From contig JBIKVS010000014.1 of NCBI GenBank assembly GCA_044356725.1, forward strand, positions 1 to 19,365: a DNA stretch of 19,365 nucleotides, written 5' to 3'. The position numbers and the translations under genes are program-made. Origin of the DNA: Minisyncoccia bacterium. GTDB lineage: Bacteria > Patescibacteriota > Minisyncoccia > SW-4-49-11. The notes under the pieces are model-generated. The model was not told the DNA's origin and made no database searches. It was given only the letters and a program-made list of their open reading frames with translations. Below, piece by piece: positions 1-9,047 of the stretch. Every line of letters starts with the position of its first letter. Positions within the stretch are counted from its first letter, which is position 1.

Positions 1-145
1 AACAAATCTTTAATAGAATACATTTACTATTATAATACTAAACGTCCTCATACTTCTCTTAACTATTTATCTCCTTTCTCTTTCCTCTCTAATTTTTCCA
101 CGATGTATTCGTCCTATACAATATATTTTGAATAATCCGGAATAG

Positions 146-154
146 TGGTATAAT
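146..154 (+). promoter_or_regulatory. Extended -10 promoter element (TGgTATAAT) upstream of ORF 181
   Basis: TGGTATAAT at 146-154, 26 nt before the ATG at 181. Confidence 0.45.
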
Positions 155-180
155 GTAATTATTATTATTAAAATAAAATT

Positions 181-864
181 ATGGATGAAATTAATTCAAA
201 TCAAGAATCAGATTTAAATAATAACAATAACTTACAAGATATGAACCAGTTTTATAATAATCTTAACAATAATCCCAAAAACTTTCCTAAAAAATATATT
301 ATAGGTACGTCTATATTAACAATACTTTATCTTTTGTTTTTTGGTACTTGGCTCTATATATTTATATTTCATTTGCTGTGGCTAATGTATTGGATTTTTA
401 AATTTTATAAAAAAGTTTCATGGCAAAGGTATAATTATAGTGCTATAAGTTTAATAATTATAGGTACTATAGCAGGTGTTCCAACATATAATTTTTCTGG
501 TAGCAATATGTGGAACTTTTTACCTTTGATACATCTAGCCGTAACTTTTGTATTGTTAATAATATGGTCAGTTATTATAGTTCCTATTTTTATTTTATAT
601 CATCGTACTAAAGAAAAGGATAAACTGAATAATATAAACTTGTTAAACAATGTAGATATAAATAATCATAATAATTATTCAGATAATATAAATCAACTAA
701 CCTCTAATAAAAATATTAATCTAGTAATTTCCATATTTTTGATACTATTTTTGTTATTTATTTTTAATTTATTATTTTCAGTGCTTTGGGGGGAGACACT
801 TTGGAATTTCATTGTTAATGGTATTAACTTTATTTGGTCTTGGATTTTTGTTTATTCTAGGTAG
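181..864 (+). CDS. Hypothetical multi-pass membrane protein with Asn-rich low-complexity loops
   Basis: 227-aa ORF with about 5 hydrophobic segments and two N-rich stretches. No family recognised. Confidence 0.7.
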   Translation: MDEINSNQESDLNNNNNLQDMNQFYNNLNNNPKNFPKKYIIGTSILTILYLLFFGTWLYIFIFHLLWLMYWIFKFYKKVSWQRYNYSAISLIIIGTIAGVPTYNFSGSNMWNFLPLIHLAVTFVLLIIWSVIIVPIFILYHRTKEKDKLNNINLLNNVDINNHNNYSDNINQLTSNKNINLVISIFLILFLLFIFNLLFSVLWGETLWNFIVNGINFIWSWIFVYSR

Positions 865-884
865 GTTCAAAAAATAATCAGTAT

Positions 885-1661
885 CTACTCCTCTAACTCA
901 GCCTTACCAGTCTTCAAATCTCTATAATATTGAGAGATTTCTAATAATTCTGACTCGGTGTAAAATTTTAATTCTGGATAATCTTTAATTAGTGAAGTGT
1001 CCATTATACCTATCGCTTTGTCTAAGGTTTTGAGTCTATGAGCTACTACAAAAGTGACTGACTTCTGGGATAACTCATCAATCATTTGAGTAATTGCTCG
1101 CTCGCTAATTTCATCTAGAGATGAGGTTGGCTCATCAATTAAAATTAAGCTCGGATGATAATGTTTAGCTCTTAAATATAATCCAGCAAAATTCAATCTT
1201 TGTCGCTGTCCTCCAGATAAATTCACTCCGCCCTCTCCGATTAATGTCTCAAGTCCATCTTTGGGTTCAAAAAGACTCCATAGTCCAACTTGTTTTAAGA
1301 TCTTAATTAGATTATTATCCTCACATAGCTTCTGGTCTCCTGTAATTCCAAAGACTAAATTCTCTCTCAAAGTTCCCCTAAGAGCGGTAGCTGTCTGCAT
1401 TTGGACGGCTATAGTATCTCGGCGAGTCTTATCTCCTACTTTATATATATTAACCTTATCGACTAAAACTTGACCCTTTTTAGGGTTTAATTGTCCTCCT
1501 AAAATGGATAAAAGTGTAGTCTTACCAGTTCCTGATGGTCCAATAATTCCATATAATTTATTCTTTTGACTTTTTGGTACCTCTAAATTTAGAAAGTTAT
1601 TATTAAAAACTTCTATACTATCATAAGAGTGATTGAGGTTTTTAATTTGAATAGAATACAT
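885..1661 (-). CDS. ABC transporter ATP-binding domain (exporter type)
   Basis: Walker A GPSGTGKTT, signature LSGGQRQR preceded by ETLIGEGG, Walker B/D-loop LIDEPTSSLD, H-loop AHRL. Confidence 0.92.
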   Translation of the reverse strand: MYSIQIKNLNHSYDSIEVFNNNFLNLEVPKSQKNKLYGIIGPSGTGKTTLLSILGGQLNPKKGQVLVDKVNIYKVGDKTRRDTIAVQMQTATALRGTLRENLVFGITGDQKLCEDNNLIKILKQVGLWSLFEPKDGLETLIGEGGVNLSGGQRQRLNFAGLYLRAKHYHPSLILIDEPTSSLDEISERAITQMIDELSQKSVTFVVAHRLKTLDKAIGIMDTSLIKDYPELKFYTESELLEISQYYRDLKTGKAELEE

Positions 1662-1670
1662 ATTTTTAAG

Positions 1671-2693
1671 CTAAACTGGATAACTAGAGTCCCCATATTC
1701 TTGAATATAGGTGTATAGGTTTTTGATTCGCTCTATGTTAGATATAATTCTCTCTATATGACTACCTGAGTGGACTATAGATCCATAAGACGATATATAG
1801 ATAGTCATTAGAGCTATAGATGTTACTAGGTCTAGAGCACCATCTTTTACAAGATTCAATACTGATGATATTAATATTATAAAGGATAGAGCAAATAATA
1901 TTCTAGGTATAAAGCTAGTTACATTAAAACTTGTCCAAACTGTTGCTTGTACTTCTCCAGTTCTGATATTAGTCTTTTTGAGTTTTTGAATATGCTCTGG
2001 AGTAGCAAAGCTAGACCTAATTAAAGCCACTTGTTGTAAACTTTCTACTTCTATCTGAGATTGAATGTCTCCCTGATCATTGTCTATAGAAATAATACCT
2101 CTCACTACAATAATTTGACTAATAACTGATATCAACACAAGGAATATTAAGCTAAGTCCAGCAAAAAGCCCTATTCTTAAGTCATATCTAATAAATGAGA
2201 ATAGAATAACTCCTATTTGTATACAGAATGGTAAAATATTAAAAACAAGAGTATCTGTAATTTTTTCATAAGCACTTTCTGCTCTATTGATCTTAGAAAT
2301 TACTTTTCCAGATTCTCTAGTACTATGATGAATTGGGTCAACTTTAACAAAAAATTTATAAGCTGAATTTGAGACACTTCTCATAAGACCAGCTAATCCT
2401 AAACAATAGCTTCTCATATGTAATTGTGTAATTAAAGGAGTAATTAAAAATAATATTCCCAAAATTAATGCCCAATATTGATTTTGATTTGTAATAATGG
2501 CAGCAATGCTTAATGGTAATGTACTAAATATAATCCATAATATAACTTCTGTTATAACAGAGATTATTATCCTCACCCAATATTTTTTATAAATACTATA
2601 CCAAGGTAAATTAAAATCTACAGGGTGAATACGAATCTTCCCCACCATACCAAATAATCTCTCTAGAAAGTTGTAGACTTTCAAATTTTGCAT
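1671..2693 (-). CDS. ABC exporter transmembrane domain (MsbA/MdlB-like ABC_membrane fold)
   Basis: About 6 TM segments, coupling-helix-like HHSTRESGKVISKINR and ESLQQVALIRS, directly upstream of and in frame with the NBD ORF. Confidence 0.82.
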   Translation of the reverse strand: MQNLKVYNFLERLFGMVGKIRIHPVDFNLPWYSIYKKYWVRIIISVITEVILWIIFSTLPLSIAAIITNQNQYWALILGILFLITPLITQLHMRSYCLGLAGLMRSVSNSAYKFFVKVDPIHHSTRESGKVISKINRAESAYEKITDTLVFNILPFCIQIGVILFSFIRYDLRIGLFAGLSLIFLVLISVISQIIVVRGIISIDNDQGDIQSQIEVESLQQVALIRSSFATPEHIQKLKKTNIRTGEVQATVWTSFNVTSFIPRILFALSFIILISSVLNLVKDGALDLVTSIALMTIYISSYGSIVHSGSHIERIISNIERIKNLYTYIQEYGDSSYPV

Positions 2694-2743
2694 AGCTTAA
2701 TTATATAAAATTATAGCCTTAAATATAACATACTTATAAACTA

Positions 2744-2773
2744 TTGACAATAAAATGAGATTTATATTATAAT
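2744..2773 (+). promoter_or_regulatory. Sigma70-type promoter
   Basis: TTGACA (2744-2749), 18-nt spacer, TATAAT (2768-2773). Confidence 0.7.
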
Positions 2774-2813
2774 AAAATTTAGTGTTAATTTTAGACCTTA
2801 ATTTTATTATGGG

Positions 2814-3869
2814 TTGATATTACAGCCTGATTTACTTTTGTGTTTTATGTCAAGAAATGCTTATCTGAGTTCAGTCATTAGTTTACCTGCCAAGATTATT
2901 GCAAATAGAGAGAATAAATCTAGCAATTCTTGTGATACTTATCGCAGTGTAGAGTGGTCAAAATATTCCACCTCTTATCATAATTTATTATACAGCGACC
3001 CTATGTCAAAAACTATGCAGACCAAGGGTTTTTTTGATATTAATGGAGAGAAATATAAAACTGAGTATAAATATAATCTAAATTTAGCTAAAGTAATTAA
3101 AGACAGTATAGTTAATCGCCCTAAAATGATTTGGTTACCTTGTATAGATGAGCGAATTCAATATCTGACCGCTTCTCATCATGCTCTTTCTCTAGGATTG
3201 CCTGGTTGTGAGTGTTCTATGTCTGAGAGTGAAAAGTTAAAAATGGCTGATGAGTTAATTGCTATTTGTGAGAATAATCCTACAATAGAAGAAATAGTAG
3301 TCTCATCTCACTCTAAATGTGGGGCTGTAGCTACTACTCTTAATAATAAAAGAGCTAAAAAACCTCTAGTCTCTCTCTTAGATAAATTTAGAGACCAAGA
3401 TAAACTTATCGATTCTACTAGTGCAAAATATGCTTCTAATTTTGCTCAGATAATTGAGAAGAGGTTAGAAGTACAAAACTCACCAGTATCTGTTCGTACC
3501 CATCATTTTCATTCTCAAGAATTACATTCCAAAAATTTACATAATGCAATGGGTGCTATTGTTAATTTTGACCCATTACTTAATGGAGCTGAGTTAGAAG
3601 AAAATTTAGAAATACCAATGTTCAATATTTATGCAGGTGGTCAAAAATCCTCACAGATTATGAAAAATATTGACCTAGCTATTGATATTGCTTCTGGCAA
3701 TAATGGCTTTAGCTGCCAATATATAGATAAAGAAAATCCTTTTATATTATTATTTACAATTCCTAAGGGGGACAAATCTGTGGTAAATATGGTCAAAAAA
3801 TTAGTCCAGAAAATCCAATCTCAAGACTACCCTATTGAATTAGTTTATACTTTTGTTGATACGAAGTAA
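2814..3869 (+). CDS. Divergent beta-class carbonic anhydrase-like Zn protein. The true start is probably the ATG at 2847 or later.
   Basis: CxDxR (CIDER, 3141-3155) and HxxCG (HSKCG, 3309-3323) in beta-CA order, plus an extended C-terminal region. Confidence 0.6.
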   Translation: MILQPDLLLCFMSRNAYLSSVISLPAKIIANRENKSSNSCDTYRSVEWSKYSTSYHNLLYSDPMSKTMQTKGFFDINGEKYKTEYKYNLNLAKVIKDSIVNRPKMIWLPCIDERIQYLTASHHALSLGLPGCECSMSESEKLKMADELIAICENNPTIEEIVVSSHSKCGAVATTLNNKRAKKPLVSLLDKFRDQDKLIDSTSAKYASNFAQIIEKRLEVQNSPVSVRTHHFHSQELHSKNLHNAMGAIVNFDPLLNGAELEENLEIPMFNIYAGGQKSSQIMKNIDLAIDIASGNNGFSCQYIDKENPFILLFTIPKGDKSVVNMVKKLVQKIQSQDYPIELVYTFVDTK

Positions 3870-3902
3870 GTATATTGTATTTTGTAATAATATTAAACTC
3901 AA

Positions 3903-3947
3903 TCCTCCTCCGTCACCTACGGTGCCACCTCCCCCAAGGGAGGACAA
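3903..3947 (-). repeat. Double-hairpin repeat, copy 1
   Basis: Reverse complement TTGTCCTCCCTTGGGGGAGGTGGCACCGTAGGTGACGGAGGAGGA is identical (45/45) to 16708-16752. Confidence 0.92.
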
Positions 3948-3986
3948 TTGTTTTTATATCTCTCTTTTACCTTATTTGGGATAATA

Positions 3987-4009
3987 GGCTACTAAAAGGT
4001 CGCCCCTAC
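3987..4009 (-). repeat. Degenerate GTAG-type REP-like palindrome
   Basis: Minus strand GTAGGGGCGACCTTTTAGTAGCC, similar to the element at 10642-10665. Confidence 0.55.
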
Positions 4010-4113
4010 GAGTAAAAGTTAAGTTTTTTTCTCCAACTATATAAATTATAACTAGATAATATTTCTTAATTTTATGCTATAATATAATTAGATATAAATT
4101 TTAAATTCAAAAT

Positions 4114-5301
4114 ATGAAAACTATCAAAACAAGAAAATTTATTATTATAAGCATAATTTTAATAGCAATTATTGCCTTTGTGGTCTTTATTATTAATTAT
4201 ACTGCTATTTTACAAACTCCTGTGCTTGAGACTGGTTCTAAATTAGAGGTAGATAGCCAAAATATTTCTAAAAGTTTAGATTATGAATATACTCCTGTTA
4301 TATCTAATCTTTATGTGCCTTGGAGTATTGTTTTTCCTACACCTGACAGTATGTATATTGCTCAGAGATCTGGTGAGATAGTATATTATAAGAACTCTCA
4401 AAAAAAAGCTGACTTTTATAAATTCTCAGAAATTAGTGCTACTAATGAGGAAGGTTTAATGGGTATGGTTTTGGATCCTGATTATCCTAATTCTCCTTAT
4501 ATTTATACTTCTTTAGCTTATGAAGAAGGTAATCAGATGTTCGTAAAGGTTGTAAGATTGACTGATATAAATAATCAGGGTCAGGATGTAACAATATTAT
4601 TAGATAAAATCCCAGCTGCCAAATTTCACGCAGGATCAAGGCTTAGATTTGGACTAGACCAAAAATTATATATAACCACAGGAGATGCTACCAAAAAAGA
4701 TATTGCTCAGGATATTAATTCCCTTGGTGGTAAAATTCTGAGAATGAATAAAGATGGTAGTATACCGGAGGATAATCCTTTTAGTAACTCTTATGTTTAT
4801 TCTTATGGGCATCGTAATCCACAAGGAGTAGACTTTGACCCAATTTCTGGAGTGTTATTTTCTACCGAGCATGGACCGTCACTATTCGATGGGGCTGCTG
4901 GAGGAGATGAAGTTAATAGAATTTTACCTGGTAAAGACTATGGTTGGCCAAAAGTCTCACATACCGAGTCCATTCCGGAGGCTATTGACCCCTTACTTGT
5001 ATTCACTCCTGCGATAGCACCTGCTTCTGGAGTATTTTATAATGGAGATAAATACCCTAATCTCAAAAATGCCTTTTTATTCGGTGGGCTAAGAGGTGAG
5101 GGAATATTTGTAGTCTATCTAGACGAGACAAGAGAAAAAGTTCAGTCTTATGAGAAGCTAAATATTAGTGAAGGCAGAATCAGAGAAATAACTGTCTCAC
5201 CTGACGGGTATATATATTTTAGCACCTCCAATCGAGATGGTAGAGGCAATCCAAATGATAAGAGTGACCAGATTTTTAGGTTAGAGCCAAATATTAATTA
5301 A
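4114..5301 (+). CDS. PQQ-dependent soluble-type sugar (aldose/glucose-sorbosone) dehydrogenase, GSDH/YliI family, with N-terminal anchor
   Basis: Motifs PWSIVF, GLMGMVLDPDY, FHAGSRLRFG..KLYITTGD, SYGHRNPQG, EHGP, GDEVN, YGWP, GRIREITVSPDG. Confidence 0.9.
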   Translation: MKTIKTRKFIIISIILIAIIAFVVFIINYTAILQTPVLETGSKLEVDSQNISKSLDYEYTPVISNLYVPWSIVFPTPDSMYIAQRSGEIVYYKNSQKKADFYKFSEISATNEEGLMGMVLDPDYPNSPYIYTSLAYEEGNQMFVKVVRLTDINNQGQDVTILLDKIPAAKFHAGSRLRFGLDQKLYITTGDATKKDIAQDINSLGGKILRMNKDGSIPEDNPFSNSYVYSYGHRNPQGVDFDPISGVLFSTEHGPSLFDGAAGGDEVNRILPGKDYGWPKVSHTESIPEAIDPLLVFTPAIAPASGVFYNGDKYPNLKNAFLFGGLRGEGIFVVYLDETREKVQSYEKLNISEGRIREITVSPDGYIYFSTSNRDGRGNPNDKSDQIFRLEPNIN

Positions 5302-5332
5302 AGAAAAAATCCCAAACTGAGTAGTAAGGGCT

Positions 5333-5617
5333 TTAAGAAAAAGGTTTGTAATAAGCTCTCGGGAGTTTGTAATAAGCTCTCGGGAGATGATTTTGTGTTG
5401 ATTGCGGATGAATGATATGTTCTCCCAGAACGGTCATTTTATTTAAGCCATTAGTACCAATACGTTCATATACTTCATAGAACTGCTCAGTATCAAATTC
5501 TTGATTTGGCAAAAGATAAAAGTATATTTTAACTTTTTTGTTTTTGTAAATATAGTATCCATTCCAAGTAACTAGCTTTGTTGCTGGGACAGGGAAAGTT
5601 TTTCTAGTGGTTGTCAT
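5333..5617 (-). CDS. Small hypothetical protein with a C-terminal 7-aa tandem duplication
   Basis: 94-aa ORF from ATG with an upstream minus-strand TTTACA-17-TATTTT candidate promoter. No family recognised. Confidence 0.55.
   Translation of the reverse strand: MTTTRKTFPVPATKLVTWNGYYIYKNKKVKIYFYLLPNQEFDTEQFYEVYERIGTNGLNKMTVLGEHIIHPQSTQNHLPRAYYKLPRAYYKPFS
5344..5385. repeat. Perfect 21-bp tandem duplication
   Basis: GTTTGTAATAAGCTCTCGGGA twice (5344-5364, 5365-5385), giving LPRAYYK twice in ORF 5333..5617. Confidence 0.9.
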
Positions 5618-5716
5618 GTGACTTTTATAAACACCTAAACTAAAATACTCTATTTATATTAATTTGTAAAGTCTAAAATCTTTTGTTAATATATAAATAT
5701 AATTAAAATTACACTT

Positions 5717-5992
5717 ATGAATATTATAAATCCAGATGAAATTATAACCAAACTAAATCCTAATTGGCAATTATCTGAGAATAAAGACCTTTTATACAGA
5801 AGATTTGAACTTAATAATTTTGTAGAAGCTTTAGAGCTAGTTAATAAAATTGGTGACTTAGCTGAGCAACAACAACATCATCCAGATATAAACTTAGGTT
5901 GGGGTTATGTAGAAATCTATCTTAGCACCCATGACATAGGTGGTATTTCAGAAAAAGATATAATTTTAGCTCAAGAAATAGATAGATTATAA
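5717..5992 (+). CDS. phhB: Pterin-4-alpha-carbinolamine dehydratase
   Basis: F..ALELVNKIGDLAEQQQHHPDI and LSTHDIGGISEKDIILA motifs, 91 aa. Confidence 0.93.
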   Translation: MNIINPDEIITKLNPNWQLSENKDLLYRRFELNNFVEALELVNKIGDLAEQQQHHPDINLGWGYVEIYLSTHDIGGISEKDIILAQEIDRL

Positions 5993-6224
5993 CTTTATTT
6001 TTTGTTACTATTTTTTATCAAAAGTTATTTTACAGCTTTTTCTGATTTAATTTTAATCTATATATTTATTCTAATACTCCATTTATAGCTTTGTATTAGT
6101 AAATTTATAATTTTATTATTCTAAAATCTTATTTTAGCCTCAAAAGTTATACACATATTAAGTCCAAATATTAAAATTATTGTATATAAAATTATTATAT
6201 TTAAGCCATTATTTGGTGTTTTTA

Positions 6225-6253
6225 TTGACAAATTTTTGTATATAGTATATAAT
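6225..6253 (+). promoter_or_regulatory. Consensus sigma70 promoter of the LysM/M23 gene
   Basis: TTGACA (6225-6230), 17-nt spacer, TATAAT (6248-6253). Confidence 0.75.
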
Positions 6254-6336
6254 ATTTTTGAATCTAAAATCATTAGACAAGGTTGATTTTGAGTCAAGAC
6301 TTATGTCTGTTTGTTCCGTTTTGAAGTTCGAATTCC

Positions 6337-7467
6337 TTGTATTTAGTTAAGAATCCTATTAGTACCATCGTTTTTAAATTATCAAAAAACCAGGTGACTC
6401 GATTCATAAAAAGTGCTACTAAGCACACACAAGATAAACTTAGTTGGATCATTCTTACTGCCGTAGTAAGCCTAGTTGTATTTAGCAATATGGCTTATGC
6501 AGGAAGACTACCAATTGGATCTACTCTTCTTAATAATAGTAATTTAGGAGGTCCTTTGGATGCATCTTTAGCTTCAGTTGGAGTTTTGCAAGCTAGTGGA
6601 ATTTTAGGTCTTCCAAGTGATGAAGAATTAAATTCTAATATACAAACTACTGATTCTAATATTATTAGTGCTGTTAATGCCCCTGAAGGATATACAAATG
6701 AAGGGTCAAGTCCAATCATTAGAGAGTATATTGTACAAGAAGGTGATTCTTTAGAAAGTATTGCTCAAAAATTTAGTATATCTGTTGAGACTATAGCTAT
6801 TGCAAATGGATTAAAAGACTTAAAACAAAATCCTGCAGCTAATACTACTCTTGCTATTTTACCGAAAAATGGAATTGAGATTAAAATAAATGAATCTCAA
6901 TCATTAGAGCAAATTGCTAATAAATATAGTGTATCTGAGCAGGTAATTAGAGATTACAATAATCTTCAAGGAGATATTGCTATAGGAACTGAAATTATTG
7001 TTCCTGATGCTGTAGTACCTAATGAAGACAAACCTTTCCCTACCGAGCCTGCAGAGAAACCTAAACCTAGAATATTACCTAGAAGAAATAATATAGCTAG
7101 AGCTAGTAATTTACCTGCTAATGATGGTTACTTTGCTTATCCTACAACTGGTAATAATTATGGTAGAATTCACTCTAATAATGGAGTTGATATTAGTAAC
7201 TCTTGTGGAACTCCTATTTATGCATCTGCTGATGGAGTGGTTTCAACCTCTCAAAATGGATGGAATGGTGGTTATGGAAACTATATAAAAATCACTCATC
7301 CAAATGGAGTTGTGACACTTTATGCTCATCTTACTACTAGAGCTTCTCAAGTTGGTGAAAATGTAACTAAAGGACAGTATATTGGATCTATGGGTACCAC
7401 TGGAAATTCTACTGGATGTCATTTGCACTTCGAAGTAAGAGGAGCTAGAAATCCCTTAGCTAGATAA
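6337..7467 (+). CDS. Membrane-anchored LysM-domain M23 family peptidoglycan endopeptidase (start uncertain)
   Basis: N-terminal TM segment, two LysM repeats (YIVQEGDSLESIAQKFSIS; SLEQIANKYSVS) and an M23 domain (NGVDI, GGYGNY, TLYAHL, TGNSTGCHLHFEVR). The first His of the usual HxxxD motif reads HSNNGVD. Confidence 0.9.
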   Translation: MYLVKNPISTIVFKLSKNQVTRFIKSATKHTQDKLSWIILTAVVSLVVFSNMAYAGRLPIGSTLLNNSNLGGPLDASLASVGVLQASGILGLPSDEELNSNIQTTDSNIISAVNAPEGYTNEGSSPIIREYIVQEGDSLESIAQKFSISVETIAIANGLKDLKQNPAANTTLAILPKNGIEIKINESQSLEQIANKYSVSEQVIRDYNNLQGDIAIGTEIIVPDAVVPNEDKPFPTEPAEKPKPRILPRRNNIARASNLPANDGYFAYPTTGNNYGRIHSNNGVDISNSCGTPIYASADGVVSTSQNGWNGGYGNYIKITHPNGVVTLYAHLTTRASQVGENVTKGQYIGSMGTTGNSTGCHLHFEVRGARNPLAR

Positions 7468-7485
7468 TATATAAATTTATCTTAT

Positions 7486-7516
7486 AAAAAGAGAGTTTGT
7501 AAATAGCTCTCTTTTT
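7486..7516. terminator. Bidirectional intrinsic terminator between convergent genes
   Basis: AAAAAGAGAGTT-TGTAAAT-AGCTCTCTTTTT hairpin with A and T tails on both sides. Confidence 0.75.
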
Positions 7517-7519
7517 GTT

Positions 7520-9043
7520 TTAAGACGTTTTCTCTCTATATTGTAAAGACTCAGCAATATGATTAATCTGTATATCTTTAGAGTTAGATAAATCAGCTAT
7601 TGTACGAGATATTTTTAAGATCCTGTTATAAGCTCTTGCTGACAAATTCATTTTGCTTACCGCTTGGGATAGAAGTTGTTGAGATTGTTTGTCCAGAATA
7701 CAAATATTTTGAATTTGTTTAATATTCATTGAACTATTAGTTTTTATACCTAAATCTTGAAATCTTTGTCTTTGTATTTCTCTTGCAGCTTCTACTCTTT
7801 GTCTAATGGCTTCTGATGACTCTTCTAATACTTCAGACGGTTGGATTAATTCTTCGGTTTTGACTTTTTCTATATTTATAATCATATCTATTCTATCCAA
7901 AAGTGGTCCTGAAATTTTTTGCTGATATCTTACAATTTGTGCTTGAGAACAAATACATTCTCTATCATTATCTGTAAGATATCCACAAGGGCAAGGATTT
8001 TGGCTGGCAATAAGCATAAAGTCAGCAGGAAAAGTTAATGATCCTTGGGCTCTAGAAATAGTTATAATTCTATCTTCTAAAGGTTGTCTTAAACTTTCCA
8101 AAACTAATCTTGGAAACTCTGGAAATTCATCCATATAAAGCACTCCTCGATGAGCAAGACTAATTTCTCCTGGTTTAGGAAAACTCCCGCCTCCGATTAA
8201 AGAAATCGACGATGCGGTATGATGTGGAGCTCGAAATGGTCTATTAAGAATTAATGGTTGCTCACTATTCAGACTTCCAGCAATACTATAAAGTTGAGAA
8301 ACTTCCAAAACTTCTTCTCGATCCATTACTGGTAAAATAGTTGGGATTGTACGAGATAATAGAGTTTTACCAGCTCCAGGTGGACCAGTCATTAATACAT
8401 TATGAGCTCCAGCAGCGGCTATTTCTAATGCTCTTTTAGCTAATTTTTGTCCCCTAATATAAGCCATATCTATGTCACTAGTATGAAAGGTTGGCACAAA
8501 ATTATAAGCTTCAGTTGGGGTAATTGTAGTTGAAACTTTAGTATCAAAATGGTCTAAAACTTCTTGAATATGATTCACAGCAAGAATATTAACTCCCTCA
8601 ACCAAAGAAGCTTCTTTAGAATTATTAACTGGGATAATAAGATTAGATATTCCTTGCTCTTTGGCATAAACTGTAATTGGTAAAATTCCCTGAATCCCTC
8701 TAATACTACCGTCTAAACCTAATTCTCCTAGAATAATATAATCTTTTTCTGGAAATTGAATTAATTCTAAAGCTTTTAGAATTGCAATTGCCATTGGTAA
8801 ATCATAAGCCGTCCCAATTTTTTTCACTTCAGCTGGAGCAAGATTTAAAACAAATCTTTTTTGAGGTAAAACAATACCACTATTTTTAAGTCCCAATCTA
8901 ATTCTTTCTTTAGCCTCATTAATAGCTGTATCTGGGAGTCCAACAATAGTTATGCCAGGTAAACCCTGAGTCATATCAACTTCAATCTCTATTTTTTGAC
9001 CATTAAGTCCAAGAGTTGAAGCTGATTGTACTCTGGATAGCAT
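7520..9043 (-). CDS. comM: ComM/YifB Mg-chelatase-like AAA+ ATPase (competence helicase family)
   Basis: VGLPD..INEAKERIR, NLAPAE.KK.GTAYDLP, GELGLDG, GPPGAGKT, RPFRAPHHT, PGEISLAHRGVLYMDEFPEF, NPCPCG, ISGPLLDRID, LSARAYNRIL. Confidence 0.95.
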   Translation of the reverse strand: MLSRVQSASTLGLNGQKIEIEVDMTQGLPGITIVGLPDTAINEAKERIRLGLKNSGIVLPQKRFVLNLAPAEVKKIGTAYDLPMAIAILKALELIQFPEKDYIILGELGLDGSIRGIQGILPITVYAKEQGISNLIIPVNNSKEASLVEGVNILAVNHIQEVLDHFDTKVSTTITPTEAYNFVPTFHTSDIDMAYIRGQKLAKRALEIAAAGAHNVLMTGPPGAGKTLLSRTIPTILPVMDREEVLEVSQLYSIAGSLNSEQPLILNRPFRAPHHTASSISLIGGGSFPKPGEISLAHRGVLYMDEFPEFPRLVLESLRQPLEDRIITISRAQGSLTFPADFMLIASQNPCPCGYLTDNDRECICSQAQIVRYQQKISGPLLDRIDMIINIEKVKTEELIQPSEVLEESSEAIRQRVEAAREIQRQRFQDLGIKTNSSMNIKQIQNICILDKQSQQLLSQAVSKMNLSARAYNRILKISRTIADLSNSKDIQINHIAESLQYREKTS

Positions 9044-9047
9044 ATTT

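Noticed and set aside
1-120. Possible minus-strand gene start (ATG at 23, MYSIKDL) and a purine-rich coding-like stretch at 60-118
   Set aside because: Too short or cut off by the window edge, and interrupted by stops, so it cannot be supported
1261-1473. Track ORF antisense to the ABC ATPase
   Set aside because: Shadow ORF fully inside a well-supported gene
3824-3837. AAGGGGGACAAA in the CA-like gene matching the end of the repeat at 10729-10740
   Set aside because: Only 12 bp with no second hairpin or tail. It could be a remnant but chance cannot be excluded.
6147-6155. Isolated TTATACACA DnaA-box match upstream of the LysM/M23 promoter
   Set aside because: A single relaxed-consensus match in very AT-rich DNA is expected by chance
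4835-7428. Short track ORFs 4835..5017, 6294..6488, 6495..6719 and 7243..7428
   Set aside because: They overlap confident genes in other frames or strands and have no motifs
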